From Mobula hypostoma (lineage: Eukaryota), in NCBI RefSeq assembly GCF_963921235.1, contig NC_086109.1, forward strand, positions 3,102,001-3,166,000: DNA of 64,000 nt, given 5' to 3'. Below are positions 12,204 to 25,236 of this stretch, one piece after another; position 1 is the first letter of the stretch, and each line of letters opens with the position of its first letter. The translations under genes and the position numbers were made by a program. The notes beneath the pieces were generated by a model, which searched no databases, was not told the DNA's origin, and worked only from the letters and a program-made list of their open reading frames with translations.

Positions 12204-12738
12204 GATGAATCAACATACAGGAGGGAGGTTGAAAATTTGGCCGAACAGTGTTATAACAACAACCTCTCACTCAGTAGAACTGATTGCAGACCAAGAGAGG
12301 AAAACCAGAGGTGCAAGAGGTCCATAGGATCAGAGGTGGAGAGGCTTCGCCACTTTAAATTCCCGGGTGGCTACCTCAGAGGACCCTGTCCTGGACCCAG
12401 CAAGTAAATGCAATTGCAAAGAAAGCACGGCAGCACCTCTACTTCCTTAAGAGTCTGTGGAGATTTGGCATGTCATCAAAGACTCTGACAAACTTTTATA
12501 GATGTGTAGTGGAGAGTGAATTGGCTGGCTGCATCACAGCCTGGTATGGAAACACCAATGCCTTTGGATGGAAAATCCTACAAAGGGTAATGGATTTGGT
12601 CCGGTACCTCATGTCTAAATCCATCCCAACCATCGAGCACATCTATATGAAACACAGTCGTAGGAAAACAGCATCCAGCTTCAGGGATGCTCACCTCCAC
12701 GCTCTTTTCTTTCTGCTCCCATCAGGGTGAAGGTTCTC
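12204..12738 (+). mobile_element. Rex1/Babar RT C-terminal fragment
   Basis: KTLTNFYRCVVES.LAGCITAWYGN ... HALFFLLPSG. Confidence 0.85.
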
Positions 12739-13682
12739 AGCTGTGTGCACTGGATACGCGTCCGCAGTGCCAGCCTCCACTGTCTGTCCACTGATTGTTC
12801 TACCACGGCCAACAGAAGGTAGGATTGCTGAAGAAAAACACATAGTCTCCTTGGCATCGGAAACCATCACAGAGAGTTGCTGTGTGTGGCCAAGCAGATG
12901 AAGGAAATGTGTTGATTGGTGAAGGATGTCATCCTGAACTTGCTGTACTACTGTACCCACCGGTACATCAAACCCTTTTAACTGACCGCACATTTATCGT
13001 TTTGGCAATCACATCACATGCCCTCCAGAAGAACAAACACATAGATCTCAGACTCGAAATCCAATGAACAGTGCCCTGCAATCAGCAACCAGCAACCTAC
13101 CAGACTGAATGAACAGAAGATACTTGGAAGGAGGACAATAGCAATTGTAATTACTCCGGAGTTCCCTAATGCTCATTTCCTAATGTTATCCTGGGCTAAC
13201 CAAACTTGAGAGGACCAGATGGGTATAAGATTCATATTCACTAAGAACACCTTTCATTCTTCTACATCTCTGAACACAGACATTGCCTGGATCACCTCTC
13301 CTGACAAGACTGGGTATTCATACCCGTGGTCTTTCTGTTGATCTTTACTACAGTATATCTTTCCTTTAGTACGGGATAAAAGCTGTGTCCAGTACTCAAG
13401 ATGTGGCCTCACTGGTGCTTTGTACAGTTGGAGTGGGACTTGCCTATCTCTACTCATCTCCTCCCTCCCCAATATATCTTGTTTCCAATATATTATTAAT
13501 ATTTATTGTAAATAGCTGCAGTCCTCTGTTGGTCACAAGTTGTCCACCTGAAAGTGACTCTCATCATTAGCCATTGTTTCCTGCTGGTTAGGTACATCTG
13601 TGGTCAGCAACCACCACCAGTACCTCAAACTCTCATCTTCCCTTCATGTGGTATCCTGTCAGATACCTTCTGGAAATGCAAA

Positions 13683-16600
13683 TATAAGACCATAAGACAT
13701 GGGAGCAGAATTAGTCCATTTGGCCCATCAAGTCTGCTCCGTCATTCCATCATGGCTGATACAATTTTCCTCTCAGCCCCAATCTCCTGCCTTCTACCCA
13801 TAACCCTTCATGACCTGACCAATCGAGAACCTATCAACCTCTGCCTTGGATATATAGAAAGACTTGATCTCCACAACTGCCTGTGGCAAAGAATTCCGCA
13901 GATTCATCACTCTCTGGCTAAAGAAATTCCTCCTAATCTCTGTTCTAAAAGGACGCTCCTCTATTCTGAGCCTGTGTCCTCTGGTCCGAGACTCTCCCAT
14001 CATAGGAAATATCCTCTCCACATTCACTCTGTCAACCCTTTCACTATTCAATAGGTTTCAATGAGGTCACCCCTCATTCTCCTGAATTCTAGTGAATACA
14101 GGCCCAGTGCTATCAAGTGCTCTTCATATGAGAAGCCATTCAATCCTGGAATCATTTTGGTGAATCTCCTTTGAACCCTCTCCAGTTTCCGCACATCTTT
14201 TCTAAGATAAGGGGCCAAAAACTGCTCACAAAACTCCAAGTGAGGCCTCACCAGTGCTTTATAAAGCCTCAAAATTACATCCTTGCCTATATACTCTAGC
14301 CCTCTTGAAATGAATGCTAACATTGCATTTACCTTCCTCACCACAGACTCAACTGGCAAATTAACCCTTAAGGAATCCTGCACAAGGACTCCCTTTGTCC
14401 CTTAGTTTTTTTTTAAATTTTCTCTGCATTGTGAAAATAGTCACCCCTTTCATTTCTTCTGTCAAAGTGCATAACTATACACTTCCCAATACTGTATTCC
14501 ATGTGCCATTTCTTTGCCTGTTCTCTAAATCTAAGTCCTTCTGTAGCCTCTCTACTTCCTCAAAACTACCTGCTCCTGCACCGGTCTTCATATCATCTAC
14601 AATCTTTGCAACAAAGCCATTAATTCCATCATCCTGATACTGATACATCTCTCTCCTCAAATTTCAGGGTAAATTCAATCATATTATGATCACTTGCCCT
14701 TAAGCTCTCTAATCAATTGTAGTTCATTGCACAACACCTAGAATAGCTGATTCTTTCGAGGGCACAACCATGAGCTGCTCTAAAAAGACATCTCATAGGG
14801 ATTCTAAAAATTCTCTCTCTTGGGACCCAGCACCAACCTGATTTTCGCAGTATACCTGCATATTGAAGTCCACCATGACTATTGTAACATTGCCCTTTTG
14901 GCATGCATTTTCTATCTCCCATTGCAATTTGTAGACCACATCCTTACTACTGTTTAGGGGTCTGTATACAACTGCCATCAGGGTCTTTTTACCCTTGCAG
15001 TTCCTTAGCTCTATCCACAAAGATTCAACACCTTCCAACCCTATGTCACCTCTTTCTTTTTTTTTTGTAATTTATTTTTTATTGAATTTCATCATCAAAC
15101 ATTTCCATAAGATGCATTTCAGATACTGTACATATATATCATATAGTCATATTTGTCACAAATCTCCACATAATATTTATCCGAGGTATACACTTATAGA
15201 AAGGAGAGGAAAAAAGATTTGATTTCATTTTTTACCAACAGAGTAATGCCAACCATTCTGTCTTCCTGCCTGTCCGTTAGATATAATATGTATCCTTGGA
15301 TATTAAGCTCTCAGCTATAATCTTCTTTCAGCTACATCATACATACCAATCTGCAAATGTGCTGCAAGTCCATCTACCATATACTGCACACATTCAAATA
15401 CAACACTTTCAGTCCTGTGTTCACCCTTTTCAATTTTGTCTGCCTTTTACATTGCAACTCATCCTGTTGACTGCAATGTACCCTATCAGCAGCATCTCTT
15501 CACTACGCAATGCCTCTGTTTGTAAACCAGCCACCTCACCTTCAGCACTATTATCTGCCTTTCCAAAAGGCACTTCTTGCATTGAAATATAAGCAGCTCA
15601 GGACACTAGTTGCACCATGCTCATTCTTTTGATTCCTAACTTTGTCTGAGGTCCTACCAGCATCTGCCTCCACAACTTCTCCACTAACTGTTCTGGCACT
15701 GTGGTTCCCACCCCCCAGCAACTCTAGTTTAAGCCCCACTGTGCCGCATTGACAAACCTGCCTGCTGGGATATTAGTTCCCAGCCAGTTCAGGGGTAAGC
15801 CGTCCCTTCTGTACAAGTCCCACCTTCCCTGGTAGAGTGCCCAATGATCCAAAAATCATATGCCCTCCCTCCTACACCAACTCCTTTGCCACGTATTAAA
15901 CTCTATAACTTTCCTAGTTCTGGCCTCACTAGCACGTGGCATGGGTAGCAATCCTGAGATCACAACCCTAGAGGTGCTGCCCTTTAACTTAGCACCTAAC
16001 TCCCTGAACTCCCTACGCAGGATTTCGTCACTCCTGCTACCCATATCATTGGACCATCTACACGGACCACGACTTCTGGCTGTTCACTTAAGAATGCTGA
16101 GGACTCTGTCCGAGATGTCCCAAACCCTGGCACCCAGGAGGCAACATACCACGCGGGGATCTCATTGCCGCCCACAGAACCTCTTGTCCGTTCTCCTAAC
16201 TAATAACTCTCCTATCACCACAGCGTGCCTCCTCTCCCCCACCCCCCCACCCACTTCCCTTTTGAGTCACAGAGGCAGACTCTGTGCCAGAGACTCGCCC
16301 ACCATGACTTTCCTCAGTTACGTCATTCCCCACCCCACCCCGACTATGGGGATGGCCACAGGGGTACTCTGCACTGATTCCTGTGTCCTGTACCTTGGGT
16401 GTAACTCCTCTATATGTGTACTATCTATCACCCTTCAGCTTCCCAAACGATCAGGAGTTCATCCAGTTCTAGCTCCAACTCCTTAAAGCTGTTTGTTAGA
16501 AGCTGTAGCTGGCTCGCAATTGTAATCGTCAGGAAGGCTGGAGGTCTCTCTGTCTTCCCACATCCCCCAAAAGGAGCATTTCACTATCCTGTCATCCCTA

Positions 16601-16780
16601 CTGTCCTGACTCAGGAGATATAAAGAAGAGAATGAAAAAAGAGCTTTTCTTTCCTTTGCTTTCTCTGAGTGAAGCCTCGCTTCACCCAAGTCTCAGAGCT
16701 AAAGCCCGCAGATCACTACTCTGACTCTGTCCTCTCAGACGGCAGCCGCAGCAACGATGGCCACAGCGCTTGCTCCTGCC
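13683..16780 (-). mobile_element. Long internally deleted CR1 LINE (5' region, ORF1 esterase, APE, ORF2 C-terminus, 3' tail)
   Basis: ORF1 SGNH-like RVVISGLLPMPRAS (15856-16044); APE YFNARS, ESLWIEL..VVYRP..DFN (14793-15600); LVRPHLEFCEQF, RTRGH (13794-14383); many frameshifts. Confidence 0.9.
15052..15213 (-). mobile_element. Poly(A)-tailed L1/Tx1-like 3' end inserted in CR1
   Basis: T-run followed by tttattg (aataaa on minus) interrupts CR1; a similar insert lies at 45141-45353. Confidence 0.45.
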
Positions 16781-17359
16781 TGTTACATCTATTGGTTCTC
16801 CTCTGTCTACCTGGGCTCTACTTCCTCAAATAATTCAGGTAAATAACTTCTCTCCCATCATGAGGCCTTGCTGACACAGCTTGATCAGATTCTGACTTTA
16901 TAAATATTCTGCAGCCACTTTGATCATTGATTCTGACATTTCTCCCATAATCTCCCAACCTTTGACTGCATCCTTACCCATTGGTACTTGATTTACTATC
17001 CATATCCAAGAACGACCTCCAAAACCAGAAGCTCAGGATAGCAGCTGGCTGCTCCACCATCTCCAACCACTACAATGTAAACCATCAGGCCCTGTGTTTA
17101 TCAGCCTCATTTGTACTAGTTTTCCTAATGTTAACCTAGTTGTAATGATGACCTGATTTATTGATCTATTTTTATTTTTTTAAGTTTAGAATCCATGAGA
17201 TGTTTAAAGCCTCTTCCACTGTAAAGATACAGTATACAAAATATATACTCACCTTCCATTTGGTTCATTGAGTCTGTTCCACATGCAGTCATGTCTAATT
17301 TCTTCTTATAACCTGTTCTCCTGCATTTTCCCATTCACCCTTAACGCTCTTACCAATCA

Positions 17360-18400
17360 ATGATTTAATTTCAACACCACACTTCCCAACAGGTTGACTG
17401 TTAGGCTACACAAGCTGGGACTCAAGACATCAATTTGTAACTGCATTCTGCACTTTCCTACCAATCACACCCAGTGAGACGAGGCAAGGATACATCTACC
17501 TCCCTGACCGTGAACACTGGTGCACCGCAGGGATGTGTACTGAGCATTCCCCTTTACATTCTTTTCACCCACTCCATCCTTAACTTCGCAGATGACACCT
17601 CCTTGATTGGATTAATTACAAATAACAATGAAACAACATATAGAGAGGAGGGGCAGAAATTGTCCAAATGGTGCAATAACCATAACATTTCACTCAAAAT
17701 AAAAAAAACAAAGAAATGATTATTGATTTTAGGAAATCAAGAAGGTATGAGCAAGCTACACTACTCATAAGCATTGAAACAGTGGAAAGGGGCTCCAGCT
17801 TTAAGTTCTTGGGAGTGAATACCACAGAGGAGCTCTCTTGGAACACCAACACCTCCTTGATAGTAGGGAAGGCTATGTTCTTGTTCTATGCCTGTTCTCA
17901 CTTAGGAGTTTAAAAAGAGCAAATATGCCCCAAAATCTGCTAGTTAAACTCTTATCAAGTGTCTTTGAGAGTACATTGACCTTCTGCATGATAGTGCAGC
18001 AGGATTGACTAAACAGCACCTCAGTGAGTGATCAGGACTGCACAGAAGATCATTGGGAGCCCAATATGGAATCCATCTACAACTCACGATGTCTACATGA
18101 TGGAGACATCCCACCCCAGTAATCATCTGTTCAATCCAGCAGGGCATACAGATACACCTCTGCATGGATATCCAGACTGATAAATAGCTTTTTCCCGAGG
18201 GCTGTCATACAACTGAACAATGCCGCATTTTAAGGGTTGTTTGTTTTTAAATCCAGTTGTAACTTCGATGTCACTCCAAATAACTCAGACGTTATTTGTA
18301 ATTTAGCCATTGTGATTTAGGTAATTGGATTGCCAGTTTGCTGTTTTACACTGCAATCTCATCATCCTCAGTAATGACAATAAAGCTCTAACTAACTAAC
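17360..18400 (+). mobile_element. Rex1/Babar LINE 3' half, degraded
   Basis: [28 protein letters not shown]; ends aataaagctctaactaactaac. Confidence 0.85.
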
Positions 18401-18417
18401 GACATGCAACATAGGTT

Positions 18418-19167
18418 TGACAAATAAACTTCTCTCGGGCTTCCAACCAAATGCAGGTATCAATTATAACCAACATTTCGATGACAAACTCTGCCATCTT
18501 CATCAGAGATGATGCCTGGGTATGTCTAGTTTGATGGTATTTATACCCCCATTGTCCACCCCTCCTGATTAATTAGTCCTCACCCAATCAGGTTTCTGCT
18601 CTCCCACCTTGTTCACAATTGAATTTCAGTTCTTACTTAGAGCGAGACCTTCGCCTTTGTTAAAATTCTTTTCCTCCAGTTTTATTTCAATGGCTTCCTT
18701 TACCAGATAGTTCCAAAAGCTCCACATTCACAGGGAATCCCATAACACCAGCCAACCTGAGTCCCAGATCATCTTTGACCCGCATGATCTGTGGTTTGAG
18801 CTTCCTTATGGGTGTGTGGATGGTATTAATCCAATATTTCTTCAGGATCCTGGTGACCCTTCCAGAAACCATGGAAATATAACAAAGATAGGCAATAGTG
18901 CAGGTTCTTTCTTGTTAGATTTCCTAGCTTTTCGATTGTAAACAAGGTGGGAGAGCAGAAACCTGATTGGATGAGGACTAACCAATCAGGAGGAACGAAT
19001 GATGGGGATATAAATACCACCAGATTAGACATGCCCTGGCATCATCGCTGATGAAGATGGCAGAGTTTATTATCGAAATGTTGGTTACAATCGATATGCG
19101 TGCCCAGCTGGAAGCCTGAGAAGAGATTATTTGTCGTATATGCCAGGAAAGCACCAGGTCCTTCTTT
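18418..19167. mobile_element. Poseidon-type PLE fragment (minus, 18418-18900) with inverted terminal copy (plus, 18934-19167)
   Basis: Minus strand encodes SGRVTRILKKY.I.TIH.P.RKL..VKDDLGL..AGV and EAIEIKLEEKNFNK.EGLALSK; 18418-18621 is mirrored at 18934-19135. Confidence 0.75.
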
Positions 19168-19327
19168 AACATACGTTTTGGTTGACATCTTCTGCCTTTA
19201 AATGCACTTAATAAAGTTCTCATTGTCCATTTTTATACTTCTCATCCCTCACAGTATGTCTTCTCTTTCTTGCTTTTTCAATCCTTTATTGGCTGCTGGA
19301 TTGATCTCAGTCTGCATTTGCCATTTC

Positions 19328-20014
19328 AGACGGGCGAGAGAACGTAAAAGGGGGAGGGCGAACTGGTGCTGAGATAAACGTGAAAAGCAAAAGGCAGGAC
19401 GGAACTCAAGTGGACCTGTGAGAAATTCCTCAGGGTGAATCGGACCTAAAACGGTGAAGGCCTACCGGACCACGTAGGGAGATTAAAGTTCTGTGACGGC
19501 AGAGCGACCCAGGGTTGGACACCGGTGGTTGGCTGCAAAGGGAAGCGGCGAGCGTGAAGAGGCACAGGGCGACGGACCGGGTCCTGGGTAGAGTGAAGTG
19601 GATAGCAGGCGCGAGCCACGTGGGCCACAGAGGGACCGTGCAGCCGGGAGACAAATAGAGAATCCAGTGCAAATCTGGCACAGTGGATGCTGACCCAAAG
19701 GGGAGAAGTCAGCAGATAACCCAGGTGGACCCGAAAGGAACACGCTGGGCTGGGTGCAGACCTGAAAGGGTCGTGGTCTTTCCAGACTGTGAAGGGGGAC
19801 AGAGGGGTGCAAACTGACCAGGAATGGGAGTCTGTGGTCGGCCACCGGGGGAAGCTGGGTGACTGTGGTAGAACGGGGTGCGGACATGGCAGGGTGAAGC
19901 AGAAAACGATGGAATTAGTGTGGGGGGTATGACAACATAGGCGTGATGGGCCAAAGGCCTGTTTGTGTCCCGTATGACGCCATGACTACCCATTGACTAT
20001 TCCCCTTACCGTCT
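19328..20014 (+). ncRNA. Candidate large structured RNA or novel SINE with CR1-type 3' tail
   Basis: ~36 CpG, more than 15 helices found by eye, several GNRA loops, pairing termini; 19909-19987 matches the CR1 3' end motif. Confidence 0.5.
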
Positions 20015-20107
20015 CTGGTTGTCTGTGGTCACTTCATTGGGTCTCCTCCTGCTTTGGGTAATTTTAACGTCTGCAACATGACTAGGCCAAGTCAGATTCA
20101 CAGCACA

Positions 20108-20665
20108 TTCAAAGTTCAAAGTAAACTTCAACATCAAAGTATGCATATGTTAAGATATACTAACTCTCGATTCATTTTCTTACAGGCATTTACAGGAAAA
20201 AACAATAGAACTTTATGAAAAACTATACATAAAGATTGACAACTAACGTGCAAAATAGACCAACTGTGCCGTACAAATAAAAATAATACTGAGAACATGA
20301 GTTGTAGAGTAACTCAGAAACTGGAGTCTGTAGACGGTAGAATCAGCTCGGGTGAGTGAAGTTACCCGCACTGGCTCGGGAACCTGATGTTTGTAGGGTA
20401 ATAACTGTTCTTGAATGCGGTGGTGTGGGAATCACATCTCCTGCATCTGCTTCCTGATGGAAGCAGCAAGAAGACAGCCTGGCCTGGATGGTGGGACTCT
20501 TTGATGATGGATGCTGCTTCCTTGTGTCAGTGCTTATGGATGTAATCGATAGTAGGGAGTCTTCGTCTCGGATGAACTGGGGCTGTGTTCACCACTTTTC
20601 TGTAGCCTTTCAAGTGCTTGTGCAATGCTGTTTCCATACCAAGCTGTGATGCAATCAGTCAGATA
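20108..20665 (-). mobile_element. Rex1/Babar 3' fragment (tttgaac tail type)
   Basis: Reverse complement of GCITAWYGN...HHP.....LLPSGSR frame; tail ttcaaagttcaaagt. Confidence 0.7.
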
Positions 20666-20935
20666 CAAAAGTTGGTGAAGAAGCTGCAGGTGGTGGTGTT
20701 CCTATGCACTTTCTGCCTTTGTCCTTGGGATAGATAGAAAGAGTCTGAGCAAGTCTCTAGGGTGTGCTCTCAGCTAACCACAATGCTAAGGAGTGCTGGC
20801 AGGTCAAGAGCTCAAGAGCTCAAGATTGTTTAATGTCATTTCTAGTGCGCAAATGAAAATGAAATAATTGTTAGTCTGGATCCAGTGCAGCACCAAAACA
20901 CATAATAGGTATCAATCCATACTATACTTTATATA

Positions 20936-21698
20936 ACAAGCAACATACATCAAAGTTGCTGGTGAATGCAGCAGGCCAGGCAGCATCTGTAGGAAGAGGT
21001 ACAGTCGACATTTCGGGCCGAGACCCTTCGTCAGGACTAACTGAAGGAAGAGTGAGTAAGGGATTTGAAAGTGGGAGGGGGAGGGAGAGATCCAAAATGA
21101 TAGGAGAAGACAGGAGGGGGAGGGATGGAGCCAAGAGCTGGACAGGTGATTGGCAAAAGGGATATGAGAGGATCATGGGACAGGAGGCCCGGGGAGAAAG
21201 AAAAGAGGGAAGGGGGGAAAACCCAGAGGATGGGCAAGGGGTATAGTCAGAGGGACAGAGGGAGAAAAAGGAGAGAGAGAAAAATCATGTGTGTATATAA
21301 ATAAATAATGGATGGGGTACGAGGGGGAGGTGGGGCATTAGCGGAAGTTTGAGAAGTCAATGTTCATGCCATCAGGTTGGAGGCTACCCAGACGGAATAT
21401 AAGGTGTTGTTCCTCCAACCTGAGTGTGGCTTCATCTTTACAGTAGAGGAGGCCGTGGATAGACATATCAGAATGGGAATGGGATGTGGAATTAAAATAT
21501 GTGGCCACTGGGAGATTCTGCTTTCTCTGGCAGTCAAACCTCTTACTAGCTCTTCTTTCAGTTAGTCCTGACGAAGGGTCCCGGCCCCAAACATCCACTG
21601 TACCTCTTCCTAGAGATGCTGCCTAGCCTGCTGCGTTCACCAGCAACTTTGATGTGTGTTGCTTGAATTTCCAGCATCTGCAGAATTCCTCGTGTTTG
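20936..21698. mobile_element. Young Neptune-type PLE insertion with inverted arms
   Basis: Minus arm 20936-21532 includes the GIY-YIG C-terminus; plus arm 21535-21698; TSD ctatactttatata. Confidence 0.9.
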
Positions 21699-22947
21699 CT
21701 ATACTTTATATATACAGTTTGATTGTATGTCCATAAGATGTCTGCTAGGCACAGGTTTGTCGCTACATAAGGTGACTCAGACTGAAATTGAGTCCTGAAG
21801 AAGGGTTTCGGCTTGAAACATCAACTGCCTGTTCATTTCCATCGATGCGCCCCAACCTGCTGAGTTTCTCCAGCATTTTGTGTGTGTTGCTCAGGAAATG
21901 GTAAGGTAGTGCAGTGGGTTGGTGGGTGGAGGTATTGGTCAGCCTCACTGCTTGCGGAGCATACTTTTTAACTGATTCTGGTAGTCCAGGCATGGATGCT
22001 ATGTACCCCCCCCCACCTCCCCGTAGTAGAGGGAAGTCAAGTTCCTGGTGAGTGCCATACACAGAGATGATTTTGTCCTGACATTCAGCTTTATCAATGT
22101 TGCTGTAGCTGCCCTCATGCCAGTGGTGGAGGGCAGTCCTCTACACTCAAGGATTTGGTCTTGCAGATGATGGAACAGACTGAGAATCAGTATGTGAATC
22201 ATCCCTGCACAATATCAGTCAGTGACCTCCATTTGTGGGCACAATATGCATTAGGTTGGTCCAATGAAGTTGTTGACCGTTCTTCAATGGAACTAGGTTA
22301 GGAAACTCACTACGGAACTCGTAATTAATCAAAACTCGTACTTCATTGTCTCCGCGCAAGCAACAATGTAACTGTGTTGATCCCAGGCCAACAACTTAGA
22401 ACGTAAATTCTACTTTCCCTTTTGTACCTATAGTCACTCAGACCACTTTTCCAACTGATAACACCAAAGTAGGGGGCCAGACAATCGATTCTTTCTTCTT
22501 CCAGTCCCTGGCATGGGGGGTTCTTCCTTGTGATGGTTAGTCTCCAGAGATGTCATGCCTTTGTATTTGAACCTCCTTGTTTTAAACACTTCTTATCAGT
22601 TCAAATGATGCACCTTATTCCACTTGGCTCGAGGTCATCTGACTGACCTATAACAGGTCACCCAGACACAGCAGAGATAATGAGATTACTTCTGCAAACC
22701 TGCTGTTGTACACAATACACAGTCTAACTGCGAGTGGTCTCAGGTTTAGCAGATCAATAGCAGAAGCTCCTTGTGTCCACATTCAATTGCTCTGATTATC
22801 TTATCCCAGAACAAGAAGCAGTTTTATCAACAGTTCACAAAATGGAGGTCACAGAGCAGCTTCACAAAATGACAGCCTCCATTTCTTCAAGCACATGGCA
22901 ATTGGTTTTTCTATCTCCACCATCCTTAACTCATTCGAGTTGCAAGT

Positions 22948-23620
22948 TTTCAAAGTTCAAAGCACATTTATTATCAAAGTACGTATACTTTATACAACCT
23001 TCAGATTCGCCTCCTAACAGGCAGCCACAAAACAGAAAACCTCCAAAACAAACCCTTATGTATATAAAGAAGACCATCTAACACCCAATGTACAGGGAAT
23101 AAAGAACCACATCATGTCTGTAAGAAAAAAAAGAATAAAATAAACCATAAAAAGACCAATGAACACTCAATGTGCAATGGAAAAAAACATCATGCAAACA
23201 GTAACAGCAAGCAAATTATATTTCTGAGATGAAGAGTGATGGGAGATCCCATAGTTCAGCGCAGAGCTGAGTAAACATTGTGGAGCAGTGATCCGAACTG
23301 GCCTGTACCACTCCTCGGGCCCCAATGTCCTGATCTTTTCAAAATGCCTCTGTGCTTAATTCTTCATCTGAACAATGGGCTGTGCTGCATGGATGCAGTA
23401 GATTTCGCTGCCTCGATTCAGACTGTAAATCTCCGTCCACATATCCTGTTCAGTCGCGTTGATGCGTGGTTTCAATTTGGCCTGTGCCCGACGTTTGACA
23501 CTCTTCCAGGCTCTCAGCGACAGGCCCATCGCCTTGCCTCGTCTTGGTTCTGCCACATCGACTTGCCTCCAATGGAAAGTTACAGACAATTTCTTGCAAT
23601 GATTGTTTGCCAGAAAAAGT
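22948..23620 (-). mobile_element. Non-autonomous element with Rex1-type tail
   Basis: Tail ttcaaagttcaaagcacatttattatcaaagta as at 5871 and 20108; no RT frame; 5' boundary uncertain. Confidence 0.45.
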
Positions 23621-23892
23621 GTAGTTAACAAAGTATTTAGTTGCTGTCCTTGTTTCATTAACCACCAGCCAGAAGTCGCTGAGGTTCACCAGGGCCATTC
23701 TAAAGCAGATGCTCTTCCATATTTTAACTCCCCCCATTCCCAACAAAGTCATGACCAGTAGTGATGCTCAGGAAGTTGGTCGTCGGAGACTTGATGATGG
23801 TAATAGCATGGATGGGTGGCGAAACTTCCTTTTTATTAATGACTGCTGCTTGGCATCTTGTGATGCACAGTTTCATTCTGGAGGCAATGAGG

Positions 23893-25236
23893 AATTCAGA
23901 ATCAGGTTTACTATCATCGGCACGTGACGTGAAATTTGTTAACTTAGCAGCAGCAGTTCAATGCAATACATAATCTAGCAGAGAAAAGATAAATAAATAA
24001 ATAAATAACCAAGTAACCCAATTACCTATGTTGAATAGATTAAAAAATGTGCAAAAACAGAAATACTGTATATTAAAAAAAAGGGTTAGTGTCCAAAGCT
24101 TCAATGCCCATTTAGGAATCGGATGGCAGAGGGAAAGAAGCTGTTCCTGAATCGATGAATGTGTGCCTTCAGGCTTCTGTATCTCCTACCTGATGGTAAC
24201 AGTGAGAAAAGGGCATGCCCTGGGTGCTGGAGGTCTTTAATAATGGATGTTGCCTTCCTGAGACACCGCTCACTAAAGGTGTCCTGGGTACTTTGTAAGC
24301 TAGTACCCAAGATAGAGCTGACTAGATTTGTAACCTTCTGCAGCTTTTTTTGGTCCTGTGCAGTAGCCCCTCTATACCAAACATTGATGCAGCCTGTCAG
24401 AATGCTCTTCACGGTACAAATAGTGAAGTTATTGAGTATATTTGTTGACGTGCCAAATCACTTCGAACCCCTAATAAAGTATTGCTGCTGTCTTGCCTTA
24501 TTTATAACTACATCAATATGTTGGGACCAGGTTAGATCCTCAGAGATCTTGACACCCAGGAACTTGAAGCTGCTCACTCTCTCCACTTCTGATCCCTCTG
24601 TGAGGATTGGTATGTGTTCCTGCGTCTTACCCTTCCTGAAGTCCACAATCAGCTCCTTCATCTTAATGACGTTGAGTGCCAGGTTGTTGCTGCGACGCCA
24701 CTTCACCAGTTGGCATATCTCACTCCTGTACGCCCTCTTATCTCCATATGAGATTCCACCAACAATGGTTGTATCATCAGCAAGTTTATAGATGGTGTTT
24801 GAGCTATGCCTAGCCACACAGTCATGTGTATACAGAGAGTAGAGCAGTGGGCTAAGCACCCACCCCTGAGGTGCGCCAGTGTTGATCATCAGCGAGGAGG
24901 ATATATTATCACCAATCTGCACAGATTGTAGTCTTCTGGTTCGGAAGTCAAGGATCCAATTGCACGAAGAGGTACAGAGGCCCAGGTTCTGCATCTTCTC
25001 AGTCAGGATTGTGAGAAGGATGGTATTAAATGCTGAACTATAGTCAATGCACAGAAGCCTGATATAGGTGTTTGTGTTGTCTAGGTGGTCTAAAGCTGTG
25101 TGGAGAGCCACTGAGATTACTTCTGCCATTGACCTATTGTGGTGATGGGCAAATTGCAATGGATCCAGGTCATTGCTGAGCCAGGAGTTCAGTCTAGTCA
25201 TGACCAACCTCTCAAAGCATTTCATCACTGTCGGTT
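23893..25236 (-). mobile_element. Rex1/Babar LINE, RT domain and 3' tail
   Basis: [58 protein letters not shown]. Confidence 0.92.

Noticed and set aside
12745..13130. Possible RTE-like 3' remnant (also unclear decayed retroelement DNA at 31500-32050 and 53540-54200)
   Set aside because: Too degraded to assign by eye
19328..20014. Identification as telomerase RNA, 7SK, SRP, RNase P, rRNA or a hairpin/hammerhead ribozyme
   Set aside because: No CTAACCCT template and no complete catalytic core. Only short resemblances to 7SK (gagggcgaactgg, cagggtgaatcgg) and SRP helix 8 (ccgaaaggaa), which lacks the conserved CAGG/AGCA loop; an Rfam scan would decide
24159..24791. 210-aa plus-strand ORF (similarly 15860-16486 and 51263-51733)
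   Set aside because: Antisense shadow of a retroelement ORF on the opposite strand
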